Both the position numbers and the translations under genes were made by a program. A stretch of 64,000 bases of DNA, taken from the NCBI GenBank assembly GCA_965214935.1, contig CBDCCS010000011.1:192001-256000 (forward strand), read 5' to 3'. Of the stretch, positions 31,294-42,294 are shown one piece after another; positions within the stretch are counted from its first letter, which is position 1, and every line of letters begins with the position of its first letter. This stretch comes from Candidatus Velthaea sp. (lineage in GTDB: Bacteria; Vulcanimicrobiota; Vulcanimicrobiia; Vulcanimicrobiales; Vulcanimicrobiaceae). The notes beneath the pieces are model-generated. The model was given only the letters and a program-made list of their open reading frames with translations. It was not told the DNA's origin and made no database searches.

Positions 31294-31992
31294 ATGGGCT
31301 CGGCGATCGATGTAGAGCAACAACGGGCGCTTGAGTTGCGCGACGCGCAAATCAAAGCGGGACAGCTTTTCGACGAAGTGCAGCGCCGCGGTCTCATTGC
31401 GCCGGGCGCCACGGAGAAGAGCGTCAACGATGCGATCTTTGCGCTCGCTCAACAGCTGTTCGACATTTCAACGTACTGGCACAAGCGGATCGTTCGCGCC
31501 GGAGTCAACACGCTGACTCCGTATGCAAAGAATCCGCCGAACCGCACGATCGGCAACGACGACATCGTGTTCCTCGATTTCGGTCCCGTGTTCGAGAACT
31601 GGGAGGCGGATTTCGGTCGCACGTTCGTCATCGGCGACGACCCGCTCAAGCTCAAGCTGCAGCATGACGTCGGCCGAGCCTTCGCAGCCGGAAAGCAATA
31701 CTTTAACGAGCATCCGACGCTGACCAGTCGCCAACTTTTTCGCTACGCATGCGACTTAGCGGCAAACGACGGCTGGGAATTCGGCGGACCGATTGCCGGA
31801 CATCTCATCGGTCACTTTCCTCACGAGCGCATAGCCGGTGATAGGATTTCGCTGTACATCCATCCCGAAAACGACACGATTTTGCGGTCGGCCGACGCAC
31901 GCGGCAACAAGCGCCACTGGATTTTTGAGATCCACTTCGTCGATCGCTTACACCGGATCGGCGGTTTCTATGAGGAACTGCTCACGCTGTGA
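31294..31992 (+). CDS. M24-family metallopeptidase
   Basis: LDFGP...EADFGRT, GHLIG and FEIH...YEE metal ligands. Confidence 0.85.
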   Translation: MGSAIDVEQQRALELRDAQIKAGQLFDEVQRRGLIAPGATEKSVNDAIFALAQQLFDISTYWHKRIVRAGVNTLTPYAKNPPNRTIGNDDIVFLDFGPVFENWEADFGRTFVIGDDPLKLKLQHDVGRAFAAGKQYFNEHPTLTSRQLFRYACDLAANDGWEFGGPIAGHLIGHFPHERIAGDRISLYIHPENDTILRSADARGNKRHWIFEIHFVDRLHRIGGFYEELLTL

Positions 31993-32029
31993 TGCAAGCT
32001 GCTCCGGCCGCGGCTGTCGTCAGCGCCGC

Positions 32030-32680
32030 CTACGGTTGGACCGCCGGCGTCGGCATCACGGCCGGTGGCACGGTCTTTTGCAACCACAAGTTCTCGGGTT
32101 GATCGAGAGCCGCGTTGATCCAGCGCGACCAGACGAAAAGTGCATCGGACAGCCGGTTGATATACCGAACGACGTCGGCTGAGACCGGATCGTTATCGTT
32201 GAGGGTGGTTAGTAAGCGCTCGGCGCGGCGGCAGACGGTTCGCGCTTGATGCAAAAATGCGCCGGCATACGCGCCGCCCGGATGGATAAAATGCGCGAGT
32301 GCCGCCAGATCGAGCGAGGCTTCATCGATCGCCCGTTCAAGCGCCAGCGCGTCGCTCTCGGCGACGAGCGGCATGCCGTCCCAGCGATCTTGCTGCAACG
32401 TGGCCAGTTCGCTGCCGACGTTGAAAAGGACATCTTGCGTCCAAGCGAGCCACTCATCGAGCCGCGTCGCAACGGCGTTCGCACGCGCCGCATCCTGCAC
32501 CGGGCGCCGGCGTCCAACGTCAGTCAGCGCCGTCCGGGCGAGACCGATCACGCTCGAAAGTTCGTCGATCGTCCCATAGGTTTCAATCCGCAGCGCGTTC
32601 TTTTTGACGCGTTGACCGCCGACGAGCCCGGTCGTGCCGTCGTCGCCGCTGCGCGTGTAAATTCGCGTGTACTTTGCCAT
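32030..32680 (-). CDS. pduO: PduO-type cob(I)alamin adenosyltransferase
   Basis: IYTRSGDDGTT, RTVCRRAER and NRLSDALF motifs. Confidence 0.93.
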   Translation of the reverse strand: MAKYTRIYTRSGDDGTTGLVGGQRVKKNALRIETYGTIDELSSVIGLARTALTDVGRRRPVQDAARANAVATRLDEWLAWTQDVLFNVGSELATLQQDRWDGMPLVAESDALALERAIDEASLDLAALAHFIHPGGAYAGAFLHQARTVCRRAERLLTTLNDNDPVSADVVRYINRLSDALFVWSRWINAALDQPENLWLQKTVPPAVMPTPAVQP

Positions 32681-32749
32681 GCATCGGCGGCGTTCGCCGC
32701 AGCGCGCGAAGGACGCTTTTCGGCCTCTGCGAACCCAGGTCAGTTGACC

Positions 32750-34216
32750 ATGATCAAGGACGAAGAAACACCCGCGAAGACGCCGTTTGTTAAGGAGATT
32801 CCGCGCAAAGCCGACGATCTGAGCGAGTGGTATCAAGCCGTCTGTTACAAAGCCGAACTCGTTTCACTCTCACCTGTCCGTGGTTGCGTCGTCCTGCGCC
32901 CGTATGGTTTTGGTTTATGGGAGCGTCTGCAGAGCGAACTCGACCGGCGCTTCAAAGATACCGGTCACGAGAATGCGTATTTCCCGTTGCTGATTCCCGA
33001 ATCGCTGCTCGCGCGCGAAGCCGAACATGTCGAAGGCTTTGCGCCCGAAGTTGCGTGGGTAACGCAGGGCGGAAACGAAAAGCTGACCGAACGGCTGGCG
33101 ATTCGGCCGACCTCCGAGGTCATCATCGGCACGATGTATGCCGAATGGGTGCAATCGTACCGCGACCTGCCGATTCTCATCAATCAGTGGGCGAACGTCA
33201 TGCGTTGGGAAAAGCGCACGCGGCCATTTCTGCGCACGCTCGAATTTTTATGGCAAGAGGGCCATACGGCGCACGAAACGCGCGAAGAAGCCGCCGCTGA
33301 AGTTGCTCAAATGCTCGAAGTCTATCGCGAAGTTGCCGAAGACGTCGTCGGCGTACCGGTTTACAAAGGCGAAAAGAGTGCCGCCGAACGCTTTGCGGGT
33401 GCCGACCATACTTATTCGATCGAGGCCCTCATGCCGGACGGCAAAGCGCTGCAAGCCGGAACGTCGCATGAACTCGGTCAGAATTTTGCCCGTGCCTACG
33501 ACATCACGTTCGCCGCCCGCGATCAAACGCAGCAGCATGCCTGGACAACATCGTGGGGCATGTCGTGGCGTATGCTCGGCGCGCTCATCATGGTGCACGG
33601 CGACGATCAAGGCTTGCGCATCCCGCCGAAAATGGCGCCGATCGAAGTCGTGCTCGTGCCCATCAAGCGCGGTGAAAGCACGCAAACGCTCGACTTCGCC
33701 AAGCAATTGCAAGCGCGGTTGCGCTCCGAGTTCCGGGTGAAACTCGACGAGCGCGATCTGCGGCCGGGCAACAAATATGCCGACTGGGATCTGCGGGGTG
33801 TCCCGGTGCGCATCGTGATCGGTGAACGCGATCTTAGCGACGATAAGGTGACGCTCGTGCGGCGCGATTACGCGCCGAAAACCGAGGGTCGAGAAATGAT
33901 CGTCGCGACAAGTGAAATTGCCGCGACGCTGCGGACGCTGCTCGTCGACATTCAAGCCAATCTTTACGCCCAAGCGCGCACGTTTCTTGCCGAACATACG
34001 CTCGCGCCGGCCACCCACAATGAGTTCATTCAGAAAGCCAAAGCGCGCGCCGGCATGCTCGACATTCCTTGGTGCAACCGGCCGGCGTGCGAGGCTGCCG
34101 TGAAGGAAACAACGAGCGCGACGACGCGCAATTTGCGTCAACCCGCTCGGGGACCGATATGTCTTGCTTGCGGTGAACCCGCAACGGTGCAAGCATACTT
34201 CGCGCAAAGTTATTAA
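32750..34216 (+). CDS. proS: Proline--tRNA ligase (archaeal/eukaryote-like type)
   Basis: RPTSE, FLWQEGHT, QAGTSHELGQNF and C-terminal Zn domain ending FAQSY. Confidence 0.96.
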   Translation: MIKDEETPAKTPFVKEIPRKADDLSEWYQAVCYKAELVSLSPVRGCVVLRPYGFGLWERLQSELDRRFKDTGHENAYFPLLIPESLLAREAEHVEGFAPEVAWVTQGGNEKLTERLAIRPTSEVIIGTMYAEWVQSYRDLPILINQWANVMRWEKRTRPFLRTLEFLWQEGHTAHETREEAAAEVAQMLEVYREVAEDVVGVPVYKGEKSAAERFAGADHTYSIEALMPDGKALQAGTSHELGQNFARAYDITFAARDQTQQHAWTTSWGMSWRMLGALIMVHGDDQGLRIPPKMAPIEVVLVPIKRGESTQTLDFAKQLQARLRSEFRVKLDERDLRPGNKYADWDLRGVPVRIVIGERDLSDDKVTLVRRDYAPKTEGREMIVATSEIAATLRTLLVDIQANLYAQARTFLAEHTLAPATHNEFIQKAKARAGMLDIPWCNRPACEAAVKETTSATTRNLRQPARGPICLACGEPATVQAYFAQSY

Positions 34217-34730
34217 CTTCGCAGCGTTCGTGCTCGGCGTGACGCTCAGCGGTCCGGCCCGCACTGCCGATATCGAGATGCGGGCGACGGCGCGTGCCCG
34301 CGGCACCGATCACGTGACGGCCGTCGCCATCGGCCGAGCCGTGTTGGCCCAACCGTTCGCCGCGCAGATCACGCGCATTCGGTGCGAAAAACTCGGCTCT
34401 CACCGGATCTGCGGGATCGTGCTATCGGGCGTGAAATTCAAACGCGCGTTGGACCGGCGTGGCTTTTTAGCCGAGGTGAGCGGTATCATTCGCACGGCTT
34501 TTGCGCTCGCGCCGCTCGAAGAAGTCGATCTCTGGACGACCGTTCCGCTCGATGCCGGCAAAGGCGTCGTGGTAAGCGGCGATCTCGCGGCGGCGACTTC
34601 GGCGACCGTGTTCGCCATTACGGTACCGCGGGCGGCGATCGGGCGCTTGAACGATCGGCTCGCAAGCGGTCGCGATGTGTTCTGGGACTCGGCATTTGCC
34701 GACGCGCTTGCGCAGGGAGCTCCGCAATGA
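34212..34730 (+). CDS. Exported hypothetical protein. Start ATT34212 or GTG34230
   Basis: Fills the proS-M16 gap; ATGA overlap with M16; signal-like N-terminus. Confidence 0.65.
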   Translation: MNFAAFVLGVTLSGPARTADIEMRATARARGTDHVTAVAIGRAVLAQPFAAQITRIRCEKLGSHRICGIVLSGVKFKRALDRRGFLAEVSGIIRTAFALAPLEEVDLWTTVPLDAGKGVVVSGDLAAATSATVFAITVPRAAIGRLNDRLASGRDVFWDSAFADALAQGAPQ

Positions 34731-35983
34731 TTCGATCGACCACGTTGCCCAGCGGCGTTCGCGTGCTGACCGAAGCGATGCCGCACGTTCGTTCGGCAAC
34801 GATCGGCATTTGGGCCGATGTCGGTTCGGCGGCCGAACCGCCGGAGCGGCGCGGTGTTTCACATCTCGTCGAGCACATGCTCTTTAAGGGAACGCAGCGG
34901 CGAACTGCCCAGCGTATCGCGCAGGAGATGGACGGAATCGGCGGCGAGATCAACGCCTTTACCGATAAAGAATCGACATGCTATTACGCGCACGTGATGG
35001 ATCGGCACTTGCCGATTGCCGTCGACGTGTTAGGCGATATGTTTCTGCATTCGCGCTTCGATCCGGACGACTTACGGAAAGAGCAGCAAGTCGTGCTTGA
35101 AGAGATTCGCATGTACGACGATTCGCCCGATGAAATGATCCACGATCTGTTCACCCGGACCATGTGGGGCGGGTCGCAATTAGGCGAACCGACGATCGGA
35201 TACGCCCAGACCGTCACCGCGCTCGTCAGCGACGATTTGCGCGGCTGGATGCAGCAGCGCTATGCGCCGCAGACCGTTTTAGTTACTGCGGCGGGAAATC
35301 TCGAGCACGACGCCGTCGTCGAACTCATCAGCGGAGCGTTCGAGGGATTTGCGGGCCGGGCGGCGAGCCCGGTCGCCGACCGCCCGCAGCCGACGCCCGG
35401 CATCTGCGTGACGTACAAAGAGACCGAACAAGCGTATGTGATGCTTGGTTCGCGCGGCTTGGGTTTGCGTGACGAAGATCGCTACGCGCTCTCGGTGCTC
35501 GATACGATCATCGGCGGGGGAATGTCGAGCCGGTTATTTCAGGAAGTGCGCGAGAAACGTGGCTTAGCGTATAGCGTTTATTCATTTCAGCAGGGCTATC
35601 GAGAAGCGGGGCTTTTCGGCATTTATGCCGGGACGTCGCCCGAGCGCGCTCAAGAGTGCATCGACGTGATTTGCGCGGAACTCGATGCCGCGCTCGGCGG
35701 GGTGACCGACGCCGAGGTCGCACTTGCACGCGAACATCTCAAAGGCAATCTTACCTTAGCGCTCGAGAGCACGTCGAGTCGCATGATGCGCTTGGGCCGC
35801 AACGAGCTCGTCTACGGCCGTCAAGTGTCGGTTGAAGAGCTCGAACGGCGCATCGACGGCATCGATACCGCCGCGGTCGGGCGCATTGCCGAGGTCGTTT
35901 TAGCGCCGCAAACGCGCGGGCTGTGCGTGCTCGGGCCGTTGACCGAAGATTCAATTCGGTTTACGCCGCGACGCGCGGCGTAA
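34727..35983 (+). CDS. M16 (pitrilysin-family) zinc peptidase
   Basis: HLVEH inverted zinc motif and SRLFQEVREKRGLAYSV. Confidence 0.93.
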   Translation: MIRSTTLPSGVRVLTEAMPHVRSATIGIWADVGSAAEPPERRGVSHLVEHMLFKGTQRRTAQRIAQEMDGIGGEINAFTDKESTCYYAHVMDRHLPIAVDVLGDMFLHSRFDPDDLRKEQQVVLEEIRMYDDSPDEMIHDLFTRTMWGGSQLGEPTIGYAQTVTALVSDDLRGWMQQRYAPQTVLVTAAGNLEHDAVVELISGAFEGFAGRAASPVADRPQPTPGICVTYKETEQAYVMLGSRGLGLRDEDRYALSVLDTIIGGGMSSRLFQEVREKRGLAYSVYSFQQGYREAGLFGIYAGTSPERAQECIDVICAELDAALGGVTDAEVALAREHLKGNLTLALESTSSRMMRLGRNELVYGRQVSVEELERRIDGIDTAAVGRIAEVVLAPQTRGLCVLGPLTEDSIRFTPRRAA

Positions 35984-35991
35984 CGGGCGGC

Positions 35992-36888
35992 GTGGATTGG
36001 CACGCCGTCTTTGCCGGTCAACTGATCGTTGCAATGATTTTAAACTGCGTGACGCAAGCAATTCAGATCGGTGCTTACGCGGCGCGATATGCCGGCGTCG
36101 TTACCGGGCGCATTGCTACGGCGATCTCGCTCTTTAGCTTATTCGTTACGGCCAGCCGCTTAGCATCATTATTTTTAACGCCGTCTTTGGGGGCGATCGC
36201 CGACAACACCGCTCGCTCGGCGATCATGGCGCACCGGACCATCGTCGCGCCCGAACTCGCCGCGCGCTTCGACGTCCAGATGCGCTTGATCGTCGCTAGC
36301 GGGACGCTCGGCATTGCGCTCGGTGCAATCCTCATGCCGCTTTTTCTCATGCTCTTCACGCGCGGTATCAAGTCGTTCGAGCGGCACGGTTCGATTCCGC
36401 GCGGCCTCCTGCGGCTGCTCGATCCGCGCGTCCTCATCGGACTCGCACGCGCAACGACGATTCCGCCGCCGTCCCGGCTGTTGAGCTTTCCACTCAAAGC
36501 CGTTCCGCGCCAGCTGCTTATCGCCAACATGGTGCTCATGGGTGTCTATGCCGTCGGCGTGGTGGCAGCGTATTATGCGAGCATTCTCGTACTCGATGCG
36601 CGTACGACCGCGACCGGGCTTTCGGGCTTGGTTAATGGCGTCGGCACGATCGCTTTTTCCGTGTTCGTCGATCCGACATCGGCGTATATCGTCGATCAAA
36701 CCGTTCGCGGCGAGCGGCCGCGCGACGACGTGCGAGCGATGATTTTCTGGCTGATCGTCACCGCCTTCATCGGAACCATCCTCGCGCAGTTGATCCTGCT
36801 TCCGGCCGCGCAGTATATCGCTGCTGCCGCCCAAGCATTCACGCACCCGCCCGACATCTTCGCTCATCTACCGGGGATCAAGCGTTGA
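35992..36888 (+). CDS. amj: Amj-family lipid II flippase (DUF2837)
   Basis: AYAARYAGVVTGRIA...SR and GLSGLVNGVGTI...DP match the Amj family pattern. Confidence 0.78.
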   Translation: MDWHAVFAGQLIVAMILNCVTQAIQIGAYAARYAGVVTGRIATAISLFSLFVTASRLASLFLTPSLGAIADNTARSAIMAHRTIVAPELAARFDVQMRLIVASGTLGIALGAILMPLFLMLFTRGIKSFERHGSIPRGLLRLLDPRVLIGLARATTIPPPSRLLSFPLKAVPRQLLIANMVLMGVYAVGVVAAYYASILVLDARTTATGLSGLVNGVGTIAFSVFVDPTSAYIVDQTVRGERPRDDVRAMIFWLIVTAFIGTILAQLILLPAAQYIAAAAQAFTHPPDIFAHLPGIKR

Positions 36889-36959
36889 ACGTCGCGCGCC
36901 GAGCGTTCCTTCGTCAGCAGCCTTGCAAGCTTCGGATCGACAAGGGAGAGAACCGGTAC

Positions 36960-37616
36960 ATGAGGGCGATGTTGCGCGTAGCCGTTGTTGCGGCTCTCGT
37001 GCTGACGCAAAGCGGTTGTGCAACCGGTGTTGCGCACTGGATCGCGCAAACGCGCAACCATCAGGGCGACGTCGCGCTCGTTCACGGCAACGATCCCGAC
37101 GCGTCCGAGGCATATGAGTTAGCGCTTAAAGTCGAGCCGCATAACGAGCACGCGCGAACCGGCTTCGTCAGCGTGCAGTTACGGATCGCCAAGGATCTCT
37201 TCACGCTCTCGAAATTCGATGACGCCATAGCGGCGTTAGCCCTGGCCGCCAAATACTCACCGGATGATGACCGCATTACCGCCTTGCGATCGCAGCTCGA
37301 ACAAGCGCAAATCAAGCGCGATATCGTTATCTCAAATTTCCCCTCGTTCAAAGAGACCAGTACGAATATCCGCCGCTCTTTTGCCGGCGTAAAGCGTTCG
37401 ACCGAAACAATCGGCACGTCGATCGCGCGCTTCGAGTACACGTACGATACGAATGACTTGACGCTTGCAATCCAGCAGAGTTACGAACTCAACGCGGAGA
37501 TTGCACGCGATACGACGCGACTCATCAACTTGCGGCAGCTCGCCGAATCCGGCGCGCCGGAATCGAAAGCGGCCGATAGTCTTGCTCCGCCGGCGTCGCT
37601 GTTGCCGTTGCCCTAG
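36960..37616 (+). CDS. TPR-like lipoprotein
   Basis: Lipobox-like QSGC after a hydrophobic stretch; [12 protein letters not shown]-like helices. Confidence 0.7.
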   Translation: MRAMLRVAVVAALVLTQSGCATGVAHWIAQTRNHQGDVALVHGNDPDASEAYELALKVEPHNEHARTGFVSVQLRIAKDLFTLSKFDDAIAALALAAKYSPDDDRITALRSQLEQAQIKRDIVISNFPSFKETSTNIRRSFAGVKRSTETIGTSIARFEYTYDTNDLTLAIQQSYELNAEIARDTTRLINLRQLAESGAPESKAADSLAPPASLLPLP

Positions 37617-37646
37617 CCGCGCGCGGTCCGACGCCGTCGTGCGCTC

Positions 37647-37674
37647 TAAATTCAAGCCGCCGGTCCGCCGACAA
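37647..37674 (+). promoter_or_regulatory. Sigma28 (FliA/SigD)-like promoter
   Basis: TAAA-N16-GCCGACAA ending 7 nt before the MCP GTG start. Confidence 0.65.
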
Positions 37675-37681
37675 GCAATAC

Positions 37682-39226
37682 GTGGCTACCAGTCTCATGC
37701 CGTCGCCGCTTCGTTTCGCGGCCGTCAATGCGATATGCTTTGGGCTCTTAGCCTGCGGCGTGATCTTCGCGGCAATGTTGTCGGCGGTGTGGTTGAGCGG
37801 CGTGACGGCGATGGTAGCCTTTGGCGTCGCCGTTGCGTTTGCCGAGCACAGCCTGCGCGGCGGGCGCGGTGCACTAAGCGTAGCGGCGGCGAGCGTTGCA
37901 CAGCGGGAGGACGGCGCCCGGAAAGACGCTGCACAATTGCGGTCCGCCCGCGAGCGGATTGCCCGGCTTGAGGCACTCCTTGAAGCCGCCGGCCGGCCCG
38001 CGCTGCTTATCGGATCCGACGGCACGCTCGAACCGGGCAATGCCCTCGGCGCCGCTTTGCTCGATACAACGGATTTCAATGCGACCGCTTCACGTCGTGC
38101 ACTCGGCGGCCGGCTCTACGCGCGTGAAGGGTCAGCCGGCGCGTATCAATGGTGGGACGACGTCACCGCCCTCCAGTCCGTACGCGACAGCTTGGAGCAC
38201 TCCGGCGCCGGCGGACTCGCGGCGCGGTCGACCGATCTCGTTCCGGGGTCGATGCTCGACTCGCTCGTCGCGGCACTCGACGAGACGCTCGCAGCGGTAC
38301 GCACTGAAGCCGAGCGCGAACGGCACTTGGCGCTTACGGGTCGCGCCGATGTGGCCGCGGAGCAAGTATTGGCCGGGCACGACGAGATCGATCGGGCGCA
38401 AACGCTCATCGCCGATGCCATCGCGCATCTGCTCGCAAGCTTTACGGGCTTAGAACAAAAGGTCTGCCGGCAACGCGATATCGCTGCCGCGCTTGCAACA
38501 AATACAGCCGCGGCCGAACGATCCGCTAGCGGTGAAGTTGACTCCGTCGATGCGTTCATCCGCGTTGTCGAACGGACGTTTGGCCAATTGATCGATGAAG
38601 GCTCGCAGTTGTCTAAATTAGCCGTCGATATGACCGGCTCAATGGATCACATCGGACAAAGTATGTCGCAGCTCGTCGAATCGTTTAGCGAAGTCGAGCG
38701 TATTGCCGAGCAAACGAATCTGCTTGCACTCAATGCCGCGATCGAAGCGGCGCGAGCCGGGTCGGCCGGACGCGGCTTTGCTATCGTTGCAGCGGAGGTC
38801 GGCAAACTCGCGACGCGTTCGACGACCTTGAGCAACTCCGTACGCCAGCTCATCACGGCGATCCGGCGCGACCTGACGCAAGCTCGAGCCGGCATGTCCG
38901 CCGTCGTCACGCAAGATGACGAGTACCGGCGCAGTTCGCAAACGACGCTCAAGCATATCTTCGATGGCGGACGGCGCGTGCAGGAGCAGACGTCGTCGGC
39001 GCTTTTGGCGCTGAGCGCCAATGCCCAGGAGGTCAGCACCGACGTTCGGGACGCCGTGATCAGCTTACAATTTCACGACCTCACCTCACAGCTTCTAGCG
39101 CACACGCGGCAACGTTTTACGGTTTTGCAGTCGGTCATCGAGGGAACCGCCGAGGTGCCCGAATTGCGCGCGATTAGCGCGGTCTCGCAACACTCGATGG
39201 CCTCGGGCGGCATCGAACTATTTTAG
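37682..39226 (+). CDS. Methyl-accepting chemotaxis protein
   Basis: [42 protein letters not shown] and C-terminal GIELF. Confidence 0.9.
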   Translation: MATSLMPSPLRFAAVNAICFGLLACGVIFAAMLSAVWLSGVTAMVAFGVAVAFAEHSLRGGRGALSVAAASVAQREDGARKDAAQLRSARERIARLEALLEAAGRPALLIGSDGTLEPGNALGAALLDTTDFNATASRRALGGRLYAREGSAGAYQWWDDVTALQSVRDSLEHSGAGGLAARSTDLVPGSMLDSLVAALDETLAAVRTEAERERHLALTGRADVAAEQVLAGHDEIDRAQTLIADAIAHLLASFTGLEQKVCRQRDIAAALATNTAAAERSASGEVDSVDAFIRVVERTFGQLIDEGSQLSKLAVDMTGSMDHIGQSMSQLVESFSEVERIAEQTNLLALNAAIEAARAGSAGRGFAIVAAEVGKLATRSTTLSNSVRQLITAIRRDLTQARAGMSAVVTQDDEYRRSSQTTLKHIFDGGRRVQEQTSSALLALSANAQEVSTDVRDAVISLQFHDLTSQLLAHTRQRFTVLQSVIEGTAEVPELRAISAVSQHSMASGGIELF

Positions 39227-40287
39227 CTCGCGAGATCGGCGTTTTAGTCGTCGACGATTCGGCACTCATTCGGACGCTGATCTCGGAGATCGTCAACGCG
39301 GAGCCCGACATGCACGTGATCGGCGTGGCGAGCGATCCATACGACGCACGCGAAAAAATCAAGGCGCTCGACCCCGACGTGGTGACGCTCGATGTCGAAA
39401 TGCCGCGCATGAGCGGGCTCGAGTTCCTCGAGCGGCTCATGCGGCTGCGGCCGACGCCCGTTGTAATGGTGTCGTCGCTAACGGCGGCCGGCGCGACAAC
39501 GACCTTGCGCGCACTCGAACTCGGAGCCGTCGACTTCGTGCTCAAACCTGCCATCGACGTTACCGGCGGGTTGCTGCTTCTGGCCGCAGATTTGACCGAG
39601 AAGATCCGCGCTGCGGCCATTGCGAAGGTCCGCCGCTATGCCGAGGAGCCGGTTTCGCGCAGCGTCGCGACGCTCGTGCCGCCGCTCGCATCGCACCCTG
39701 CATTGCGATCCGACGATTCGATCATCGCAATCGGCGCATCGACCGGCGGAACCGAAGCACTCAAAGATCTCCTCGTTCGCCTGCCGCGCAACGCACCGCC
39801 GATCCTCGTAACGCAGCATATGCCGCCCGGTTTCACCAAAAGCTTTGCCGACCGGCTCGATCGGCTGTGCGAGATCGACGTTTGCGAAGCGACATCCGGC
39901 CAGCGGTTACTGGCCGGCCATGCCTACATTGCGCCGGGGTCGGCGCACTTGCTCGTCAGCCGGCGCGGAACCGCCGGCTATACGTCGCTCAGTGATGGAC
40001 CGCCGGTGAACCGGCACCGTCCCTCGGTCGACGTGTTGTTCGGTTCTGCCGCGCACACATACGGCAAGCGCGCAATCGGCGTCCTGCTCACCGGGATGGG
40101 CCGCGACGGCGCCCCAGGGATGGCCGAACTGCACGCAGCCGGAGCCTATACGATTGCCCAAGACGAAGCGAGTTGCGTCGTTTTCGGCATGCCCAAAGCA
40201 GCCATCGAACTCGGCGGCGTTTCGAAAGTTGCAGCGCTGCCGCAGATCGCCGAGTTGTTGATGCGGCGCGTCGGCATCGCCGGTTAA
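39220..40287 (+). CDS. cheB: Chemotaxis methylesterase CheB (receiver plus esterase domains). No canonical start before the receiver domain
   Basis: [13 protein letters not shown] upstream of ATG39310; LDVEMP, GASTGG, QHMP and TGMGRDG motifs. Confidence 0.92.
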   Translation: MLAREIGVLVVDDSALIRTLISEIVNAEPDMHVIGVASDPYDAREKIKALDPDVVTLDVEMPRMSGLEFLERLMRLRPTPVVMVSSLTAAGATTTLRALELGAVDFVLKPAIDVTGGLLLLAADLTEKIRAAAIAKVRRYAEEPVSRSVATLVPPLASHPALRSDDSIIAIGASTGGTEALKDLLVRLPRNAPPILVTQHMPPGFTKSFADRLDRLCEIDVCEATSGQRLLAGHAYIAPGSAHLLVSRRGTAGYTSLSDGPPVNRHRPSVDVLFGSAAHTYGKRAIGVLLTGMGRDGAPGMAELHAAGAYTIAQDEASCVVFGMPKAAIELGGVSKVAALPQIAELLMRRVGIAG

Positions 40288-41837
40288 CCCGGCAGCGTGC
40301 CGGCTTTTTCATCCCGCCGGAAGCGCTGCCAGCGCGCTTCGGCACCCGGCAAAAGCGCGCCGTAATCGGTACGGTAAACCGGCCAGCGCTTCGTTTCTTG
40401 CACCGGGAAACGCGCGAGCCATGCATAGAGTTCGACATTCTGCCGCAAGCGTTTGTGCTCGACGGAAATAAAGTAGCGCGCGCCTTTGCGAATGGCACTT
40501 TGTTCGTCGAACGGCGTCCAGATATACGGGTCTTCCTGCCAGCCTTTGCGATCGATGTAATACAGAATCGACGGATCGTAATGGCCCATGACGACGAGCG
40601 TATTGCGCGGCAGCGTTGCATCGAGCGCGCGAGCGGCGCTGTAGTTCGGCTTACTGTAGACGTAATACGGCGCGATGAGCCGCCGGTCGATCGAGATCAT
40701 TGCAATGTAGAGAAGCGCGGCAGCCGAGACGGCGATTTGCCAGCGCTTGTAACTACGGGCCGTCAGCCACAAGCGAAGCACGAGATTACCGCCGGCCAGC
40801 GCCGCGAGCGGCAGTACGAGATACATGTAGTAATCGACGCGTTCGACGGTGACGACGATGTAGACGTATAGCAGCGCTGCCGCTGCCCAGCCGTAGAGCA
40901 CTGCGGCTTCGCGCCGGCGTAAGCGCAGAGCAAAGCCGGCGATGAGAAACGCCAGACCGAACGGCCCGAGCATCGTGCGCGCGAGCATCTTCAACGCGAC
41001 GCCGATCGCAACGATTTTCGCGCGTAGCGCGGGGCCGGAATGCAGCGAGGCGACGAGCGCCGGCCAGACATGCTTTTGCGTAATGCCGCTGGCCCAATGC
41101 CACTCCGCATGCGCGTTTACGATTTTTCCGTACAGCGCGAGCGGAACGAGCGCGACGATCAGCAGCACGTATGTCTGCGGTCGCGTGAGCGTGGTGCGCC
41201 AGCCGAGCCGCACGATCGATACGGCGGCAATCGGAACGAGTGCCACCAGTGCGACGGGCTTGGCGAGAAACGCTGTCGCAAGCAGCAGTGCTGCCGGTGC
41301 GAGACCGCGCCATGAAGCGCGTTTTTCGTCCCACAGATACCGCGTGCATGCAGAGATCGCCGCGGTCAAAAAAAAGACCATCGTCGTGTCGGGCATGAAC
41401 GTTCGCGAATAGTAGATCGCGCCGGGTAGTGCCGTATAGATCGCCGCCGCCGCTAAGCCGGCGACCGTCGAACCGAACAGCCAGCGCGCGAAGACGCCGG
41501 TGACGACGATCGTCCCGAGACCGAAGGCGACCGAGATGAGCCGGCCGATGCCCTCGTGCACGCCGACGATTTTGTAGGCGCAGGCCGCAAGAAACGGTAC
41601 GATCTGCAATTCCAGTTCGACGTAATTCGGCGGCGGTCCATTATAGTCGGTCTGCGGATAGAAAATGTTCATTTGCAGCGTAGCGAAATTACGCGCGATC
41701 GCCGCCGTGTCGCCTTGACGCCAGCCCGGATGATCGAGAATCGGGCTATGAATGTTGCGTAAGCGTAGCAGCAGACCGGCAATGACGAAGCCCGTCATCG
41801 CCAACCACCAGAATGTTGTTTCGGTCGGCCGTTTAAT
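40284..41837 (-). CDS. GT-C (ArnT/PMT, GT39/GT83-like) glycosyltransferase. Start ATT41837, TTG41804 or ATG41798
   Basis: [13 protein letters not shown] and YYSRTFMPD motifs; many TM segments. Confidence 0.85.
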   Translation of the reverse strand: MKRPTETTFWWLAMTGFVIAGLLLRLRNIHSPILDHPGWRQGDTAAIARNFATLQMNIFYPQTDYNGPPPNYVELELQIVPFLAACAYKIVGVHEGIGRLISVAFGLGTIVVTGVFARWLFGSTVAGLAAAAIYTALPGAIYYSRTFMPDTTMVFFLTAAISACTRYLWDEKRASWRGLAPAALLLATAFLAKPVALVALVPIAAVSIVRLGWRTTLTRPQTYVLLIVALVPLALYGKIVNAHAEWHWASGITQKHVWPALVASLHSGPALRAKIVAIGVALKMLARTMLGPFGLAFLIAGFALRLRRREAAVLYGWAAAALLYVYIVVTVERVDYYMYLVLPLAALAGGNLVLRLWLTARSYKRWQIAVSAAALLYIAMISIDRRLIAPYYVYSKPNYSAARALDATLPRNTLVVMGHYDPSILYYIDRKGWQEDPYIWTPFDEQSAIRKGARYFISVEHKRLRQNVELYAWLARFPVQETKRWPVYRTDYGALLPGAEARWQRFRRDEKAGTLPG

Positions 41838-42294
41838 CGACGTCGCGGAACGTCCAATACTTATTGACGAAAAAGTTTACGACGATTGCGCCGACCGTCG
41901 AGACAAACCACAATTTGTGCCCATGTCCCAAATACGGCTGGCCGAGCCACGAAATGACGAGTGCCACGCACAGCGCGCCGAGCGAAACGCTCATGAATTT
42001 GGCGCCTTCGCGGCCGGGGTGTGCGCCGGAGCGAAACGTCCACACGCGGTTGAGTAAGTAGTTCGAGATGCCGCCGCTTAAAAATGCCGCCGAATAGATG
42101 ATGAAGTACTGCGGATTGGAGGCGTGATTCGGAACGACTCTTTGCAACACCGTAAAGACGATCAAATTCACGATGAAGCCCGACGCTCCGACGATCCCGA
42201 ACTTGACGAACTGGCGCAAACCGCGATGCTGCAATGCGCGCGGACCGCGCCCGACCGAATCGGCCGCTGACGTGACCGTCGGAACCGTACTCAT
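41833..42294 (-). CDS. GtrA-family flippase
   Basis: QFVKFGIVG, NRVWTF and NKYWTF motifs. Confidence 0.9.
   Translation of the reverse strand: MSTVPTVTSAADSVGRGPRALQHRGLRQFVKFGIVGASGFIVNLIVFTVLQRVVPNHASNPQYFIIYSAAFLSGGISNYLLNRVWTFRSGAHPGREGAKFMSVSLGALCVALVISWLGQPYLGHGHKLWFVSTVGAIVVNFFVNKYWTFRDVD

Noticed and set aside
32750..34216. Archaeal/eukaryote-type ProRS as a novelty or contamination signal
   Set aside because: This type is widespread in bacteria
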